Part shown: positions 46,832 to 59,646 of the stretch, in pieces | Numbering within the stretch: position 1 is the first letter of the stretch | How the letters are laid out: the number at the start of each line of letters is the position of its first letter | Source of the DNA: Scyliorhinus canicula | Lineage: Eukaryota | DNA: 64,000 nt | Direction: 5' to 3' | NCBI RefSeq assembly: GCF_902713615.1 | Contig: NW_024056036.1 | Coordinates: 248,001-312,000, forward strand | The notes under the pieces: generated by a model | Databases searched by the model: none | The model's input: only the letters and a program-made list of their open reading frames with translations | Told to the model about the DNA's origin: nothing | Position numbers and translations under genes: made by a program

Positions 46832-46944
46832 GTCCACAAAAGATCAGCCATGATCTCATTGAATGGCGGAGCAGGCTCGAGGGGCCAGATGGCCTACTCC
46901 TGCTCCTAGTTCTTATGTTCTTATGTTCTTATGTTCTTATGTAA

Positions 46945-47420
46945 GTAGGCTTACAATAAAACTGCAATTAAGTTATTGTGAAAACTCTGGTAAGTCGCCA
47001 CATTCTGGCGCCTGTATGGGTACACAGAGGGAGAATTCAGAACGTCCAATTCATCGAACAAGCACGTCTTTCAGGACTTGTGGGAGGAAATGAGCACCCA
47101 GAAGAAACCCACACAGACACGGTAAAAACATGCAGACAGTGACCCAAGCCAGGTATCGAACTTGGGACCCTGGCGCTGTGAAGCAACAGTGCTACCATGC
47201 CGCCGAATAGTTAGCCAATCTTCTGTCCATGCTAATAATAATAATAATCCTTATTGTCACAAGTTGGCTTCCAATAAATGTTACTGTGAAAAGCCCTAAT
47301 CGCCACATTCTGGAGCCTGCTCGGGTACACGAAGGGAAAATTAGGAATGTCCAAATTACCCAACAGTACGTTTCTCGGGACTTGTGGGAGAAAACCAGAA
47401 CACCCGGAGGAAACCCACCT
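46945..47420 (-). mobile_element. Two V-SINE copies (46945-47204 and truncated ~47240-47420)
   Basis: Reverse-complement V cores and gtcgccacattctgg tails. Confidence 0.75.
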
Positions 47421-48489
47421 GAGAATCAATCTCCTGGCTATTCATCTACAAGAAGCTTCAGAGACTCATGAGAATTATTTGTGTCTAAAAACGCTTCCCT
47501 CCAGCTAAAGTATCAGCTAAACAAGAAGCCAACAGGCCTGCAGCGATATAAAGATTGCAGTCTACATTCCATTTTCATCATTATAGCTTCAACTTGACCT
47601 GCAGCTAATTTCTGTGCGTGTGTCAGTGAGTGTGAAAGAGCCGAGAGACTGAGATGCTCAAACATCCAGGGAAAGGGTGCGATAATAAATAACCTATCCT
47701 TTAAAAATCACCAGTAACTTGCTGCTGAAATGTATTTTAAATAAATGTATTTCTTACCCTCACGCTGAGGGTAAGAAAATATCACACAAACATCCTGATA
47801 ATGGAGTGGAAAGGACCACGCAATGTAATCAACCTTTGGAAAACCCCCTTCAGGTAGCTGTATAGAGGCTACAGCCTCTCACACTGAATGTATACGTGAT
47901 ACATATACACCTCCAGGCTCCAAACATCAGCTTCAGGCTGGGAGTGGGTGAAACCTTTTGAAAACCTGTTCCTCCTTTATTTCCGTCGGGCACTAGGACC
48001 CGGCTGGGAACAGAAACCTTCAGGCCCCGCCCACGAGCTGGTGCATCACCAAGACGCCAGCGCATGCGCTCTGCTTCCCCAAGATGGTGGATGTGAATCA
48101 GGGCCTGATCCCGGGAGAGAGAGCTGACCGGCGGTGATGTGATCTGAGGAATCACCACACCTCAGGCAAGGGGCCAGGTTGGGAAGGCGGTGCCTTCAGG
48201 AATAACTGGGAAGGTGATGTTTGGTCAGTTGCTGCAGTCTGTGTAGTGAAGGTGCTGTCACAGTGGTGTGAGGTAAGGAAGTACAGGATTATCACCCAGC
48301 AATGATGAATTAAGGGGAATGTAAATCCAGCTCAGGCTGCTTTCAGATTGGAAAGGGAGCTAAGGTGAGTCCTTAGAGCTGGTGAATGTTGAGGCTTTGG
48401 CAGTTTCTCTGTAAAGTCCTTCTCATTCATTCCCTCTCTTTACAGCACGGATAAAGGCCCTTTGGCCAATTCATAATAATCTTTAATAT

Positions 48490-48782
48490 TAGTGTCACAA
48501 GGAGGCTGACATTAACACTGCAATGAAGTTACCGTGAATATCCCCTAGTCGCCACATTCCGGCGCCTGTTCGAGTGTACAGAGGGAGAATTCAGAATGTC
48601 CAATTCATCTAACAAGCTCATCTTCGGGACTTGTGGGAGGAAACCGGAGCACACAGAGGAAACCCACCTAGACATGGAGAATGTGCAGACTCCGCACAGA
48701 CAATGATCCAAGCCTGGAATCGAGCCCAGGTGCCTAGTGCTGTGATGCAGCAGGGCTATCCACTGTGCTACCGTGCCGCCCA
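48490..48782 (-). mobile_element. V-SINE
   Basis: gggaggaaaccggagcac...ccactgtgctaccgtgccgccc. Confidence 0.85.
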
Positions 48783-49148
48783 TAAGATTATTAGATTACC
48801 AGGTCTGGATGAATTGTGTCCCAGGATGCTGTGGGACGTGAGGGAGAGATTGCAGAAGCTCTGACCCAAAGTTTTAACCACCAATTAGGCCTGTTTTTGC
48901 CGAATATTTAGACAATTAAGGTGTGATCTGATTGAAGTATTTAAGATATTAAAAGGAAAGACAGGGTAGATAAAGATAAACTATTTCCACTGGTTGGAGA
49001 TGATAAAACTAGGCATTATTGTCTGAAAATTAGTACCAGACCATCCAGTACAGTTTTGTGGAAGTAGTTGACGTTAGGGACCTTCAAACGGCTATTGGAT
49101 AGATACGTGGATTAGGGTAGAATAATGGAGTGTAGGTTAACTTCTTAA

Positions 49149-49660
49149 GGGCAGCACGGTAGCATTGTGGATAGCACAATTGCTTCACAGCTCCAGGGTC
49201 CCAAGTTCGATTTTGACTTGGGTCACTGTCTGTGTGGAGTCTGCACATCCTCCCCGTGACTGCATGGGTTTCCTCCGGGTACTCCGGTTTCCTCCCACAG
49301 TCCAAAGATGTGCAGGTTGGGTGGATTGGCCATGATAAATTGTCCAAATTCTATGATTAACCTAGGACAACAGTTCGGTGCAACATTGTGGGCCGAAGGG
49401 CCTGTTCTGTGCTGTATTTCTCTATCTATCTCTATCTCTACAGATATTAGGAAGAACTTCTTCACACACAGGGTGGGAGAGGTTTGGAACTCTCTCCCAC
49501 AAACAGCAGGTGAAGCTGGATCAGTTGTTAAGTTTAAATCTGAGATAGAGTTTTCTTTAGCAAAGATATTCAGGGATAGGTCACAGATCAGAAATGATCT
49601 CACTAAATGGCAGGACAGACTCGAGGGGCTGAATGGCCTACTCCTGTCCCTATGTGTATT
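49149..49660 (+). mobile_element. V-SINE (49149-49440) inserted among CR1 3' fragments
   Basis: gggcagcacggtagcattgtgg head, tctatc tail; flanking aggaagaacttcttcacacacagggtgg CR1 sequence. Confidence 0.8.
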
Positions 49661-50023
49661 TCTGTGATTCTGAAATTCAGACAACACCATGACACGGAAA
49701 GAGTCCTGATTAGAACCTGAATTAGTCCGAGCTGCAAACCATCCCTCCAGATCCTGGCCCTTCATGGATTTAATGAAGACCAAGGCAATAGTTGGATTAT
49801 TGAAAGACTTGACGGAGTTGTTGGATACCATTTTTCGGGTCTCAGGATAAAGCCTGATGTAATTCACTCCCCACAGCCTTGAGCTACCTCTGAACTTCTG
49901 AACTTCATCGAAGCCTCGACGCTTTGTGTTGCTGCCAAAAAGTCCTGGAAGAAGTAAATCCTCATTCCTTCCTGGAGCCAGGTGCCACCTCGCCGCTCCC
50001 TCTCCAGGACATTCTCTCAAGTT

Positions 50024-50036
50024 NNNNNNNNNNNNN
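50024..50036. other. Assembly gap (13 N)
   Basis: Run of n characters. Confidence 1.
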
Positions 50037-50327
50037 CAATTGGTCAGCGCGTTTGGCTGTTTACCGCAAGGTCTGTGATTCAAGGCCAGATTCTTCTTTA
50101 TTTGCTGACAGAGTACCGATTGGCCGAAGAGCCTCTGTCTGTGCTGTGAAATGCTACCTACCTTTGAAAATCCCTCCATACTCGGGAATAACCTAAAAAG
50201 CCTTTTCAGGATTGCCCCCAAATATCTATCTTTACATATGATGTGGAGATGCCGGCGTTGGACTGGGGTGAGCACAGTAAGAAGTCTTACAACACCAGGT
50301 TAAGTCCAACAGGTTTGTTTCAAACAC

Positions 50328-50356
50328 GAGCTTTCGGAGCACGGCTCCTTCTTCAG
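50328..50356 (-). ncRNA. Minimal hammerhead ribozyme core in Penelope terminus
   Basis: CUGAAGA-A-GGAGC-CGU-GCUCC-GAAA-GC-UC. Confidence 0.72.
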
Positions 50357-52109
50357 GTGAATGGAAAGGCTTGTTCCAGAAATGTTTATATAGACACAGT
50401 CAGAGATGCCCCGGAATGCGAGCACCTGCAGGCAATCAAATCATCAAAGATGCAGAGAGAGAGGTAACTCCAGGTTAAAGAGGTGTGAATTGTCCCAAGC
50501 CAGTTCAGTCGGTAGGCCTCTGCAAGTCCAGGCTTGTTGGTGGGGGCCGAATGTAATGCGACATGAATCCCAGATCCCGGTTGAGTCCGCATTCATGCGT
50601 GCGGAACTTAGCTCTAAGTTTTTGCTCAGCAATTTTGCGTTGTCGCGTCTCCTGAAGGCCTCCTTGTAGAATGCTGACCCGGAGATCAGAGGCTGAATGT
50701 CCTTGACTGCTGAAGTGTTCCCCAACTGGAAGGGAACAGTCCTGCCTGTTGATAGTCGCACGATGCCCGTTTATTCGTTGTCGCAGTGTCTGCATGGTCT
50801 CGCCAATGTACCACGCTTCGGGACATCCTTTCCTGCAGCGTATGAGGTAGACTACATTGGTCGAGTCGCACGAGTATGCGCCGCGTACCTGGTGGGTGGT
50901 GTTTCCATGTTAATGGTGGTGTCCATGTCGATGATCTGGCATGTCTTGCAGAGACATGTCTTTTCAGTTCCATTCTTGGACACACTCGTCTCCATCAAGG
51001 ACGGTCCCTCAGCACCTCGCTTTACCACAAGCCACAGATAATCTCACGATGCTCCACTCTCCAGCTTTCACCCGAAACACATTAAAGAGCCATCCCCCTA
51101 TGGACAAGCCCTCCGTATACACAGGATCGCTCAGACAAGGAGGAGCGCAACAACACCTACAGATGCTGAAAGAGCCCTCGTACGAACGGGATATGGCGCT
51201 CGACTCATTGATCGACAGTTCCACCGCGCCACAGCAAAAAACCGCACCGACCTCCTCAGAAGACAAACACGGGACACCACTGACAGAGTACCCTTCGTCG
51301 TCCAGTACTTTCCTGGGGCGGAGAAACTACGACATCTTCTTTCGCAGCCTCCAAACACATCATCAGCGCGGAGGACATTTGCCAAGGTATCCCCACACCC
51401 CCACTACTTGCCTTCAAAACAACCGCGCAACCTCAAACAAACATTGTTTGCAGCAAATACCCAGCCTTCAGAACAGCAACCACAACACCACAAAACCCTG
51501 CCAGGGTAATCTTCTGCAAGACTGCCAGATCATCGACATGGACACCACCATTACACTTGGAAACACCACCCACCAGGTAGCGCGGCGCATACTCGTGCGA
51601 CTCGACCAATGTAGTCTACCTCATACGCTGCAGGAAAGGGATGTCCCGAAGCGTGGTACATTGGCCGAGACCATGCAAGACACTGCGACAACGAATAAAC
51701 GGGCATCGTGCGACTATCAACAGGCAGGACTGTTCCCTTCCAGTTGGGGAACACTTCAGCAGTCAAGGACATTCAGCCTCTGATCTCCGGGTCAGCACTC
51801 TACAAGGAGGCCTTCAGGAGACGCGACAACGCAAAATTGCTGAGCAAAAACTTATAGCTAAGTTCCGCACGCATGAATGCGGACTCAACCGGGATCTGGG
51901 ATTCATGTCGTTACATTCGGCCCCCACCAACAAGCTGGACTTGCAGAGGCCTACCGACTGAACTGGCTTGGGACAATTCACACCTCTTTAACCTGGAGTT
52001 ACCTCTCTCTCTGCATCTTTGATGATTTGATTGCCTGCAGGTGCTCGCATTCCGGGGCATCTCTGACTGTGTCTATATAAACATTTCTGGAACAAGCCTT
52101 TCCATTCAC

Positions 52110-52137
52110 CTGAAGAGGAGCCGTGCTCCGAAAGCTC
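52110..52137 (+). ncRNA. Minimal hammerhead ribozyme core in Penelope terminus
   Basis: CUGAAGA-GGAGC-CGU-GCUCC-GAAA-GC-UC. Confidence 0.72.
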
Positions 52138-53574
52138 GTGTTTGAAACAACCTGTTGGACTTTAACCTGGTGTTGTAAGACTTCTTACTGTGTATCTTTA
52201 CATAAGGAGACTAAAACCGTTCACAGCATTGCAATCTGCCCTGGTGGAATTTGAACTCCTGTGTCTGGAGTGTTCAGGCCTCCAGGTTACCAGTTTTGTA
52301 ATAATCTTGCGAAACTACCCCTAAGACTGAAACAATCACATCTCAAAGATGGAACAACTGAACATAACATGCTCCTCCTATTGGATCACAGGTCTGGATC
52401 ATGGGCTCAGGTATCTGTTGTGGGAGGTGATATGGATTCCACTGAGACAAGACTGTTAACCTATCATGGTTTGTATTTTGACATTCTGTCATATTGCTCA
52501 GTGTATCTAAAGTTCAAACTCTGGGTCCAGTCTTACTTGGGTCAATTTATTTTTCAGAGGCTGGTCTTTTATTCGTCTTGGTCTTATTCAGACACAATGG
52601 TAATGGTGAATGGGAATTCCACTGGATCCGTATAAAATATCAGTTACTCCAAAAATAGCATCTAAATGCAAGCAAGGCAGAAACATATGTACAACCTGAT
52701 CTTCTCACTGCATCAGCTGCACGGTCAGAGCGGTTGGAAGCTGGGATTGTTTTCCTTATAACCCAGCAGGTTATGGGGAGGCCTGGTGAAAATGGTCAAA
52801 ATCGGAATGGTTTTATTGATTAGTTAGGAAGAAACTTAATTCACTGGAAGGGTCAGAAATAGAGAACACTGATTAATGAGATATTAATTCATTTTCCGCT
52901 CTGATTATAAACCGATCAAATTGCAACAGGACTCGACAGGGCGGATGCAGAAAGGATGGTCCCGATGGCCGGCAAAGCTAGAACAAGGTGTCACAGTCTA
53001 AGATACGGGGTAAACCATTTAGGACTGAGATGAGGAGCAATGTGTTCACCCTGAGATTTGTGAATCTGTGAATTCTATACAACAGAACGAAGTTGAGTCC
53101 AAAGTATTCTATGTTTTCAAGAAGGCGTTAGATAAAGCTCTTGGGGATCAAAGCTATAAAGGGACCAAATGACAGGGGGGAAAGTGGAAACAGGTTACTG
53201 GTGTGGATGACCAACCATGATCAGAATGAATAGCGGAGAAGGGACAGAATGGTTTACTCCTGCTCTATTTTCTATGTCACTGTATTACGTCAAATCTGTT
53301 TCTTCTCAAGTTGAATGAGACTCTGCCTTTATTTATATTAAAGTAAATCCTGTCCCTGTCTATACTACACTGTTCTGTTTGTGCCACACTCAATTAATAT
53401 TACACTAAACCATGCACATTATTAGATTACATTAAGTTCCGCCTCTTTTATATTCCACTGGAATGTGTCTCTTTACATCACACCAGGGCCTGTCTCTGTT
53501 AATATTATACCGGACCATGTTCCTGTTGTCTGTCTCGATATTATAAATTTTTATATATTTGCTTGTTGTGACTC

Positions 53575-54370
53575 GTGGTGTTCCGCAGGGACCAGTGGTG
53601 GGACCTTTGATGTTGGTAGTATATATAATTATTTTGAGGAAAATGTAACTGATCTGATTAGTAAGTTTACGGACGACACAAAGGTTGGTAGGGTGAAAGA
53701 GAAAATGTTGGAAAATTTCAGCAGGTCTGGCAGCATCTGTAGGGAGAGAAAAGTGCTGACGTTTCGAGTCCAATGAATCTCTCACACACAAAGGTTGGTG
53801 GAATTGCAGATAGCGATGAGGACTGTCAGAGGACATAGCAGGATTTAGATCGTTTGGAGACTTGGGTGGTGAGATGGCAGATGGAGTTTAATCCAGACAA
53901 ATGTGAGGTCATGCATTATGAAAGGTCTAATACAGGTGGAAAATATACAATGAATGGTAGAACCCTCAAGAGTATTGACAGTCAGAGAGACCTAGGTGTA
54001 CACGTCCACAGGTCACTGAAAGGGGCAATACAGGTGGAGAAGGTAGTCAAAAAGCATACGGCATGCTTGCCTTCATTGGTCGGAGAATAGTGCTTAAAAA
54101 TTGGCAAGGCATGTTGCAGCTGTATAGAACCTTAGTTAGGCCACACTTGGAGTATAGTGTTCAATTCTGGTCGCCACACTACCAGAAGGATGTGGAGGCG
54201 TTTGAGAGGGTGCAGAAGAGGTTTACCGGAATGTTGCCTGGTATGGAGGGCATTATCTACGAGAAGAGGTTGAATAAACTTGGTTTGTTCTGACTGGAAC
54301 GACGGAGGTTGAGCGGCGACCTGATAGAGGTCTACAAAATTATGAGGAGCATAGGCAGAGTGGATCGTCA
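53575..54370 (+). mobile_element. CR1 RT/3' fragment containing a 96-bp insertion with TSD
   Basis: SKFTDDTKVG...WQMEFNPDKCEVMH...VRPHLEYSVQFWSP; 14-bp TSD acacaaaggttggt at 53676-89 and 53786-99. Confidence 0.85.
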
Positions 54371-54954
54371 GAACCTGATGCACTGGCAGTGTTAGACAGA
54401 ACCGTGTCTCACAGTATCGCCAGATTGCACCCACAGGATAAATATCTGAACAATCATAGACTCTCATCTGGTTAAGGAGAGCAATTGAAATCACTGCAAA
54501 AACGTATTGACCGTTCGTGTTGGTGTGGAAAAAACATTGTTCGAAATGTTTGCAACAGTAATCAATCAAGACGCAATGCTATCTTCGGAATTAATTGTTT
54601 CACTTTGCCATGTCTTCATGCGTCTCGGCCCTGAGCTCTGGTACGCATTCCACACTCCTCTTTACCTCAATTCCCTTAATAAAAATCATCCCATATAACT
54701 TGCCTCGTCGACCAAGCTTTCAATCATCTGACCTAATAACTCTTTAGACATATTAATCCAGACCCTGCAGCAGGAATAACCGAAATAGACCCTACCTCAT
54801 TTAGACTATTCCAGACTCTGAATCAATGGTCACTGCTCGACGTCCTATATCATTTAAGGTGAATCAAACTTTGTATCAGTAATTTCCGCACTAGAACCTG
54901 TCTCAGTTTATGTTAGTGTGGAGTCTGTATCAGTAATCACTGCACTAGATCCAA

Positions 54955-55240
54955 TCTCAGTGGCACTGTTGCTTCACAGCGCCGTGGTCCCAGGTTTGAT
55001 TCCTGACTTGGGTCACTGTACGGAGTCTGCACGTTCTCCCTGTGTTCTGTATGGGTTTCCTCCTGGTGTTATGGTTTCCTCCCACGTGCCCCGAATGACG
55101 TGCTGTTAGGTAACTTTGACTTTCTGAGTTCTCCCTCTGTGTACCCGAACAGGCGCCTGAATGCTGCGACGAGTAGCTTTTGACAGTAGCTTAATTGCAG
55201 TGTTAATGTAAGCCTACTTGTGGCAATAAAGGTTTTTGGA
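54955..55240 (+). mobile_element. V-SINE, 5'-truncated
   Basis: gggtcactgtacggagtctgcacgttctccctgtg core. Confidence 0.75.
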
Positions 55241-55481
55241 TTAGTTTAGGTTAATCTCCACCCTGTATGAGTGATAATCGTTTTAGACCATGTCATAGAG
55301 CCATGGAGCCTTAGAGGTTTACAATACAGAATGACGCCCTTCCATCCATCGTATCGGCGATGGCAATGAAGCACCTATCTATTCTAAGATCGTCCACAGA
55401 TGGTCTTCAGACCATAAAACCATAAGAACATGAGCAGAACTAGACCATTAGGCCCATCGAGTGTGCTCCTCATTCAATCAT

Positions 55482-55700
55482 TTTTAAAAATAAATTTAGA
55501 GTCAGCAATTCATTTTTTCCAATGAAGGGGCAACTTAGCGTGGCCAATCCACCTACCCTGCACATCTTTTGGGTTGTGGCGGCGAAACCCATGCAAACAC
55601 GGGGTGAATGTGCAAACTCCACACGGGCAGTGACCCAGGGACAGGATCGACCTCGGCACTGTGAGGCAGCTATGCTAACCACTGCGCCACCGTGCTGCCC
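55482..55700 (-). mobile_element. HE1-like V-SINE with TSD
   Basis: 16-bp TSD ctcctcattcaatcat at 55466-81 and 55701-16. Confidence 0.9.
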
Positions 55701-57952
55701 CTCCTCATTCAATCATGACTGTTATGTTTCTAATCGCCCATCTCCTGTTTCTCCCCATACCCCTGATCCCCTTATTAATCAAGAAACTATCTATGTCTCT
55801 CAGACTGGTTATATATAGGGAAAGATCATCGGCACTGCCAATCAAATCCTCACCACTCTGTGCAGCTCAGGTTAGATACAGAGTAAAATTTTCTCTACAG
55901 TTCTGATTAAACACAACAAGGTAATTGAATGCTCTAACCACATTTTAGAAGAAAACTCTCTCTATGTATTCCAATTCATTGGATTCGATCCATTTAGTTG
56001 GAAGCCAATGGGGTGTGATCGGGCTGAGAGAATATATTGGGCACATGTTGACTTCAATTTGTCGATTACAGACAATGACCCATCGTGGAGAGGCATGAGA
56101 CAGAACCAATTGGGAGAAAGACACAGATATCAGATACATGAAAACTCTACGAACACATTTGGCATGTCATAATATTCGAGATTAAAGGGAAACTTTCCTC
56201 ATTCTGAACATAGATATCATGATGACATTTTTCTAATATAACTGATGAAGAAAAAATGTCCAAAAACAATTACTGCTTGAATCCGTTAATCTATTTACAT
56301 CTTCATCTCTATTTCTGTGCTGTGTTGGCAGGGAAATAGTTTTTTTTTTGTCAGTCTGCATCTGAACTGGGCCTTCTATTTCTGTGTTTATTTACTTAAA
56401 CACCTCACTGGCACAATGTCAGCAAAACGAGATAAACACAGCCACTTATTGATTAGTTTCAACTCAAAATAGCCGGTTATTTTAAGAATATTAACAGTCT
56501 ATTAAAATGTATAGAACCCTCCATTAGAACAGATGTTACTTAATTGAATTAAAGAATACAGTTGAATTAAGTGTTAATTCTGAAAGTTCTGATGTCTCAA
56601 TTAATAAAGCATCTTTAACCAGGCTGTTATTCCACTGAATGCTAATTTGATTGAAATATTAACCGATTTAAATAGATAAATTAAAACATCAGGCAGAGGA
56701 GTGATCTATAGTCACATTAATCTCAGATCTTTCAAAATCTTACAACTGCATTTTAAAATGTAACGTTTGGAAAGATTTGCTTTTGTGAAATGCTTTACCC
56801 GATCTCAGGTCATCCCAATGCCCTGAAAACTCACTGATATTTTTTGCTGAATTTAGTCACTGCTGTAATGTTGGAAACATAGCAGGGAATTTGTGCACAG
56901 CAAGATCCCACAACCTGAAATGTGATCAGTGACCAACCAATCTGTGATTTATGTTCAAGAACGGACATTGGTCGAGGATACTGGGAAAATCAGCTCTACT
57001 CTTTAGAATTATGTCAATGAGGCAATCCACTAGAAATGTGAATCTGTTTCTCTCTCTGCTGATGCTCACTGACCTGCTGAGCAGCCTTTTTTATTTTGTT
57101 TTTTTTATTTCCGGATTCTGCAGCACTTTGCACTATTTTTAACATTCATTCCCGGCCTATGACCCTCACTGACACAGTCAGCATTAACTGTCCATCCTGT
57201 GAAGCCGGATGAGAACCACCTTTTAGATAAGGTGCACTTTGCACAGTTGAATTTACATTTGACTTTATGTAGCAGATTCTCTTCGACTGACTGGCTTGCT
57301 CGGTAATATCAGAGGTAGTTAAGCGTCAACCACATCATTGCTGAACTAGTTACATATGGCCAGACAGGGGAAGGCGGGAAGATTTATTTTCTTGAAGGAC
57401 ATTGGTGAACCTGCTGAGCTTTGGGAAATTTCAAGAGCTTCATGAGTATTATGAATGACACGACGATTTTTATTGCTGATTTATTAATTCATTCAATTAT
57501 AAAACCATAAGATGTAGGAGCAGAAGTTGGCCATTCGACCCATGCACCTTCTCTGGACTGCCTCCAAAATATCTACCCTTAGGTAAGGAGACCAAAACTG
57601 CTCACATCATTGCAATATGCCCTGGTGGAATGTGTACTCCTGCCTCTGGAGTAATAGTTCAGGCCTCCAGATTACCAGTCCAGCAACAATATTGCGAAGC
57701 AGCCCTAAGGCTGTAATATAATCACATATAAAAGATGGAACAACTGAAACATAAAATACTCCTGCATTTGATACAGGCTGTCGTGAGAGGTGATATTGAT
57801 TCTCACGAAACAAGACTATTGACCTATCATGATTTGCATTTTGACATTACATTCTGAGATATTGCTCAGTGTATCTAAAGTTCTGGGTGCAGCCTTACAT
57901 GGGTCAATTTAATTTTCAGAGGCTAGTCTTTTATTAGTCTTGTGACTTATTC

Positions 57953-58173
57953 TTTTATAAATTTAGAGTACCCAATTATTTTTTCCCGATTAATTGGCTT
58001 TTTAGCGTGGCCAATCCACCTACGCTGCACATCTTTGGGTTGGGGGCGAAACCCACGCAAACACGGGGAGAATGTGCAAACTCCACACGCCCAGGGACCC
58101 AAAGCCGGGATCGAACCTAGGACCTCGGCGCCGTGAGGCAGCAGTGCTAACAACTGCCCCACCGTGCTTCCCC
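57953..58173 (-). mobile_element. HE1-like V-SINE
   Basis: Full head and core on the minus strand; absent from the paralog near 52580. Confidence 0.85.
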
Positions 58174-59475
58174 CGTCTTACAACTTGTTCTAACACGATG
58201 GTATTGGTGAATGGGAATTCCACTGGCTCCATATAAAATGTCAGTAATTCCAAGAATAGCATCTGAACACAAGCAAGGCATAAAAATATATACAACTGGG
58301 TCTTCACACTGTATGAGCTGCACGGTCACATCGGTTGGAAGCTCGGATTGTTTTCCTCAGAACAGAGCAGGTTATGGGATGCGTGTAAAAATTGTCAAAA
58401 TTATGAAGGGTTGTTTGATTAATTAGGAAGAAACTTGATTCACTGGCAGGAAGGTCAGAAAACAGAAGACACTAATTTATGAAATATTAAATCCACCCTC
58501 TGATTATAAACCGATCAAATTGTAACAGGACGAGACAGGGCGGATGCAGAAAGGATGTGTCCGATGGTGGGGAAGGTAGAACCAGGGGTCACATCTAAGG
58601 ATACGGGGTAAACCATTTAAAACTGAGATGAGGGGTAATATTGTGAACCTGTGGAATTCTCTACCACAGAGCGAAGTTGACTCCAAAGTATTGTATGTTT
58701 TCAAGAAGGAGTTAGATAAAGCTCTTGGGGATCAAAACTCTGGAGCGACCAAATGCTATGGGGGAAAGTGGGAACAGGTTATTTAGGTGGATGATCAGCC
58801 ATGATCAGAATGAATAGCGGTGCAGGCTCGAAGGGCAGAATGATCTACTCCTGCTCTATTTACTATGCACTGTATTACATCAAATCTGTTTATTCTCATG
58901 TTAAATGAGACCCTGTCTTTATTTCTATTAAAGTAATCCCTGTCCCTGTCTATACTACACTGTACTGTGTGTGCCACACTCAGTTAATAATACGCTAGAA
59001 TATGCATAGGATTAGATTACATTAAATTCCGTCTCTATTATATTCCACAGGAATTTGTTTCTTTACATCACACCAGGGCCTGTCTCTGTTGATATTACAC
59101 CGGACCATGTTCCTGTTGTCTCTCGATATTACAAATGATTGTACATGTTTGCTTGTTTCTCCAAGTACAATCACCGTTGATTATGAGATTATGTTAATTC
59201 CTGTTAATATCTATAAGTAGGAGTATTAAATGTGTATTTGCTCTGGTATCATGTGGGCAATATTGAGTTGAATATTTTACCAACATCCCAGGAATGAACT
59301 GGTCTTGGGAGACATGTCTACATGTGAACACCGGTGCACAGCAATTTCCAAAATTTAGACGAAATCTCTGTTTTGTTCAAATTATGAATTTACTGTGTTA
59401 TGCTCTATCGATTGGAAAGTTTTTTTTCACGATGGTGCTTATTTTCATGCCTACATTTATATTAACCAATCACCT

Positions 59476-59646
59476 GTTCGAATCCCGGGCCCAAGTCACT
59501 GTCCGTGTGGATTTTACACATTCTCCCGTGTCTGCGTGGGTTTCACCCCCACAACCCAAAGACGTGCAGGGTAGGAGGATTGGCCACGCTAAATTACCCC
59601 TTAACTGGAAAAAATAATTGGGTACTCTAAATTTATTTTAAAAATA
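59476..59646 (+). mobile_element. HE1-like V-SINE, 5'-truncated
   Basis: Core and tail; imperfect TSD attaaccaatcacct / attaaaccatcacct. Confidence 0.8.

Larger units (their letters stand above)
42956..46942 (+). mobile_element. Near-full-length CR1 LINE (ORF1 esterase, ORF2 endonuclease-RT, (TTCTTATG)n tail)
   Basis: SGNH motifs GDS, GTND and DGLH; ORF2 with LNARS, GDFN, YRPVSLTS, GVPQGSVLGP and KFADD; 3' tandem ttcttatg. Confidence 0.95.
50239..52192. mobile_element. Penelope-like element with inverted structure (minus arm ~50239-50945, plus arm ~50950-52192); RT C-terminus and GIY-YIG endonuclease, frameshifted
   Basis: FLDTLVSIKDG; VVYLIRCR...TLRQRINGHR...GEHF...KFRTHECGLNRDLG; 12-bp TSD tatctttacata at 50227-38 and 52193-204. 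Confidence 0.9.

Noticed and set aside
49223-50275. 350-aa minus-strand ORF
   Set aside because: It crosses an N gap and SINE/CR1/Penelope fragments; no recognisable domain.
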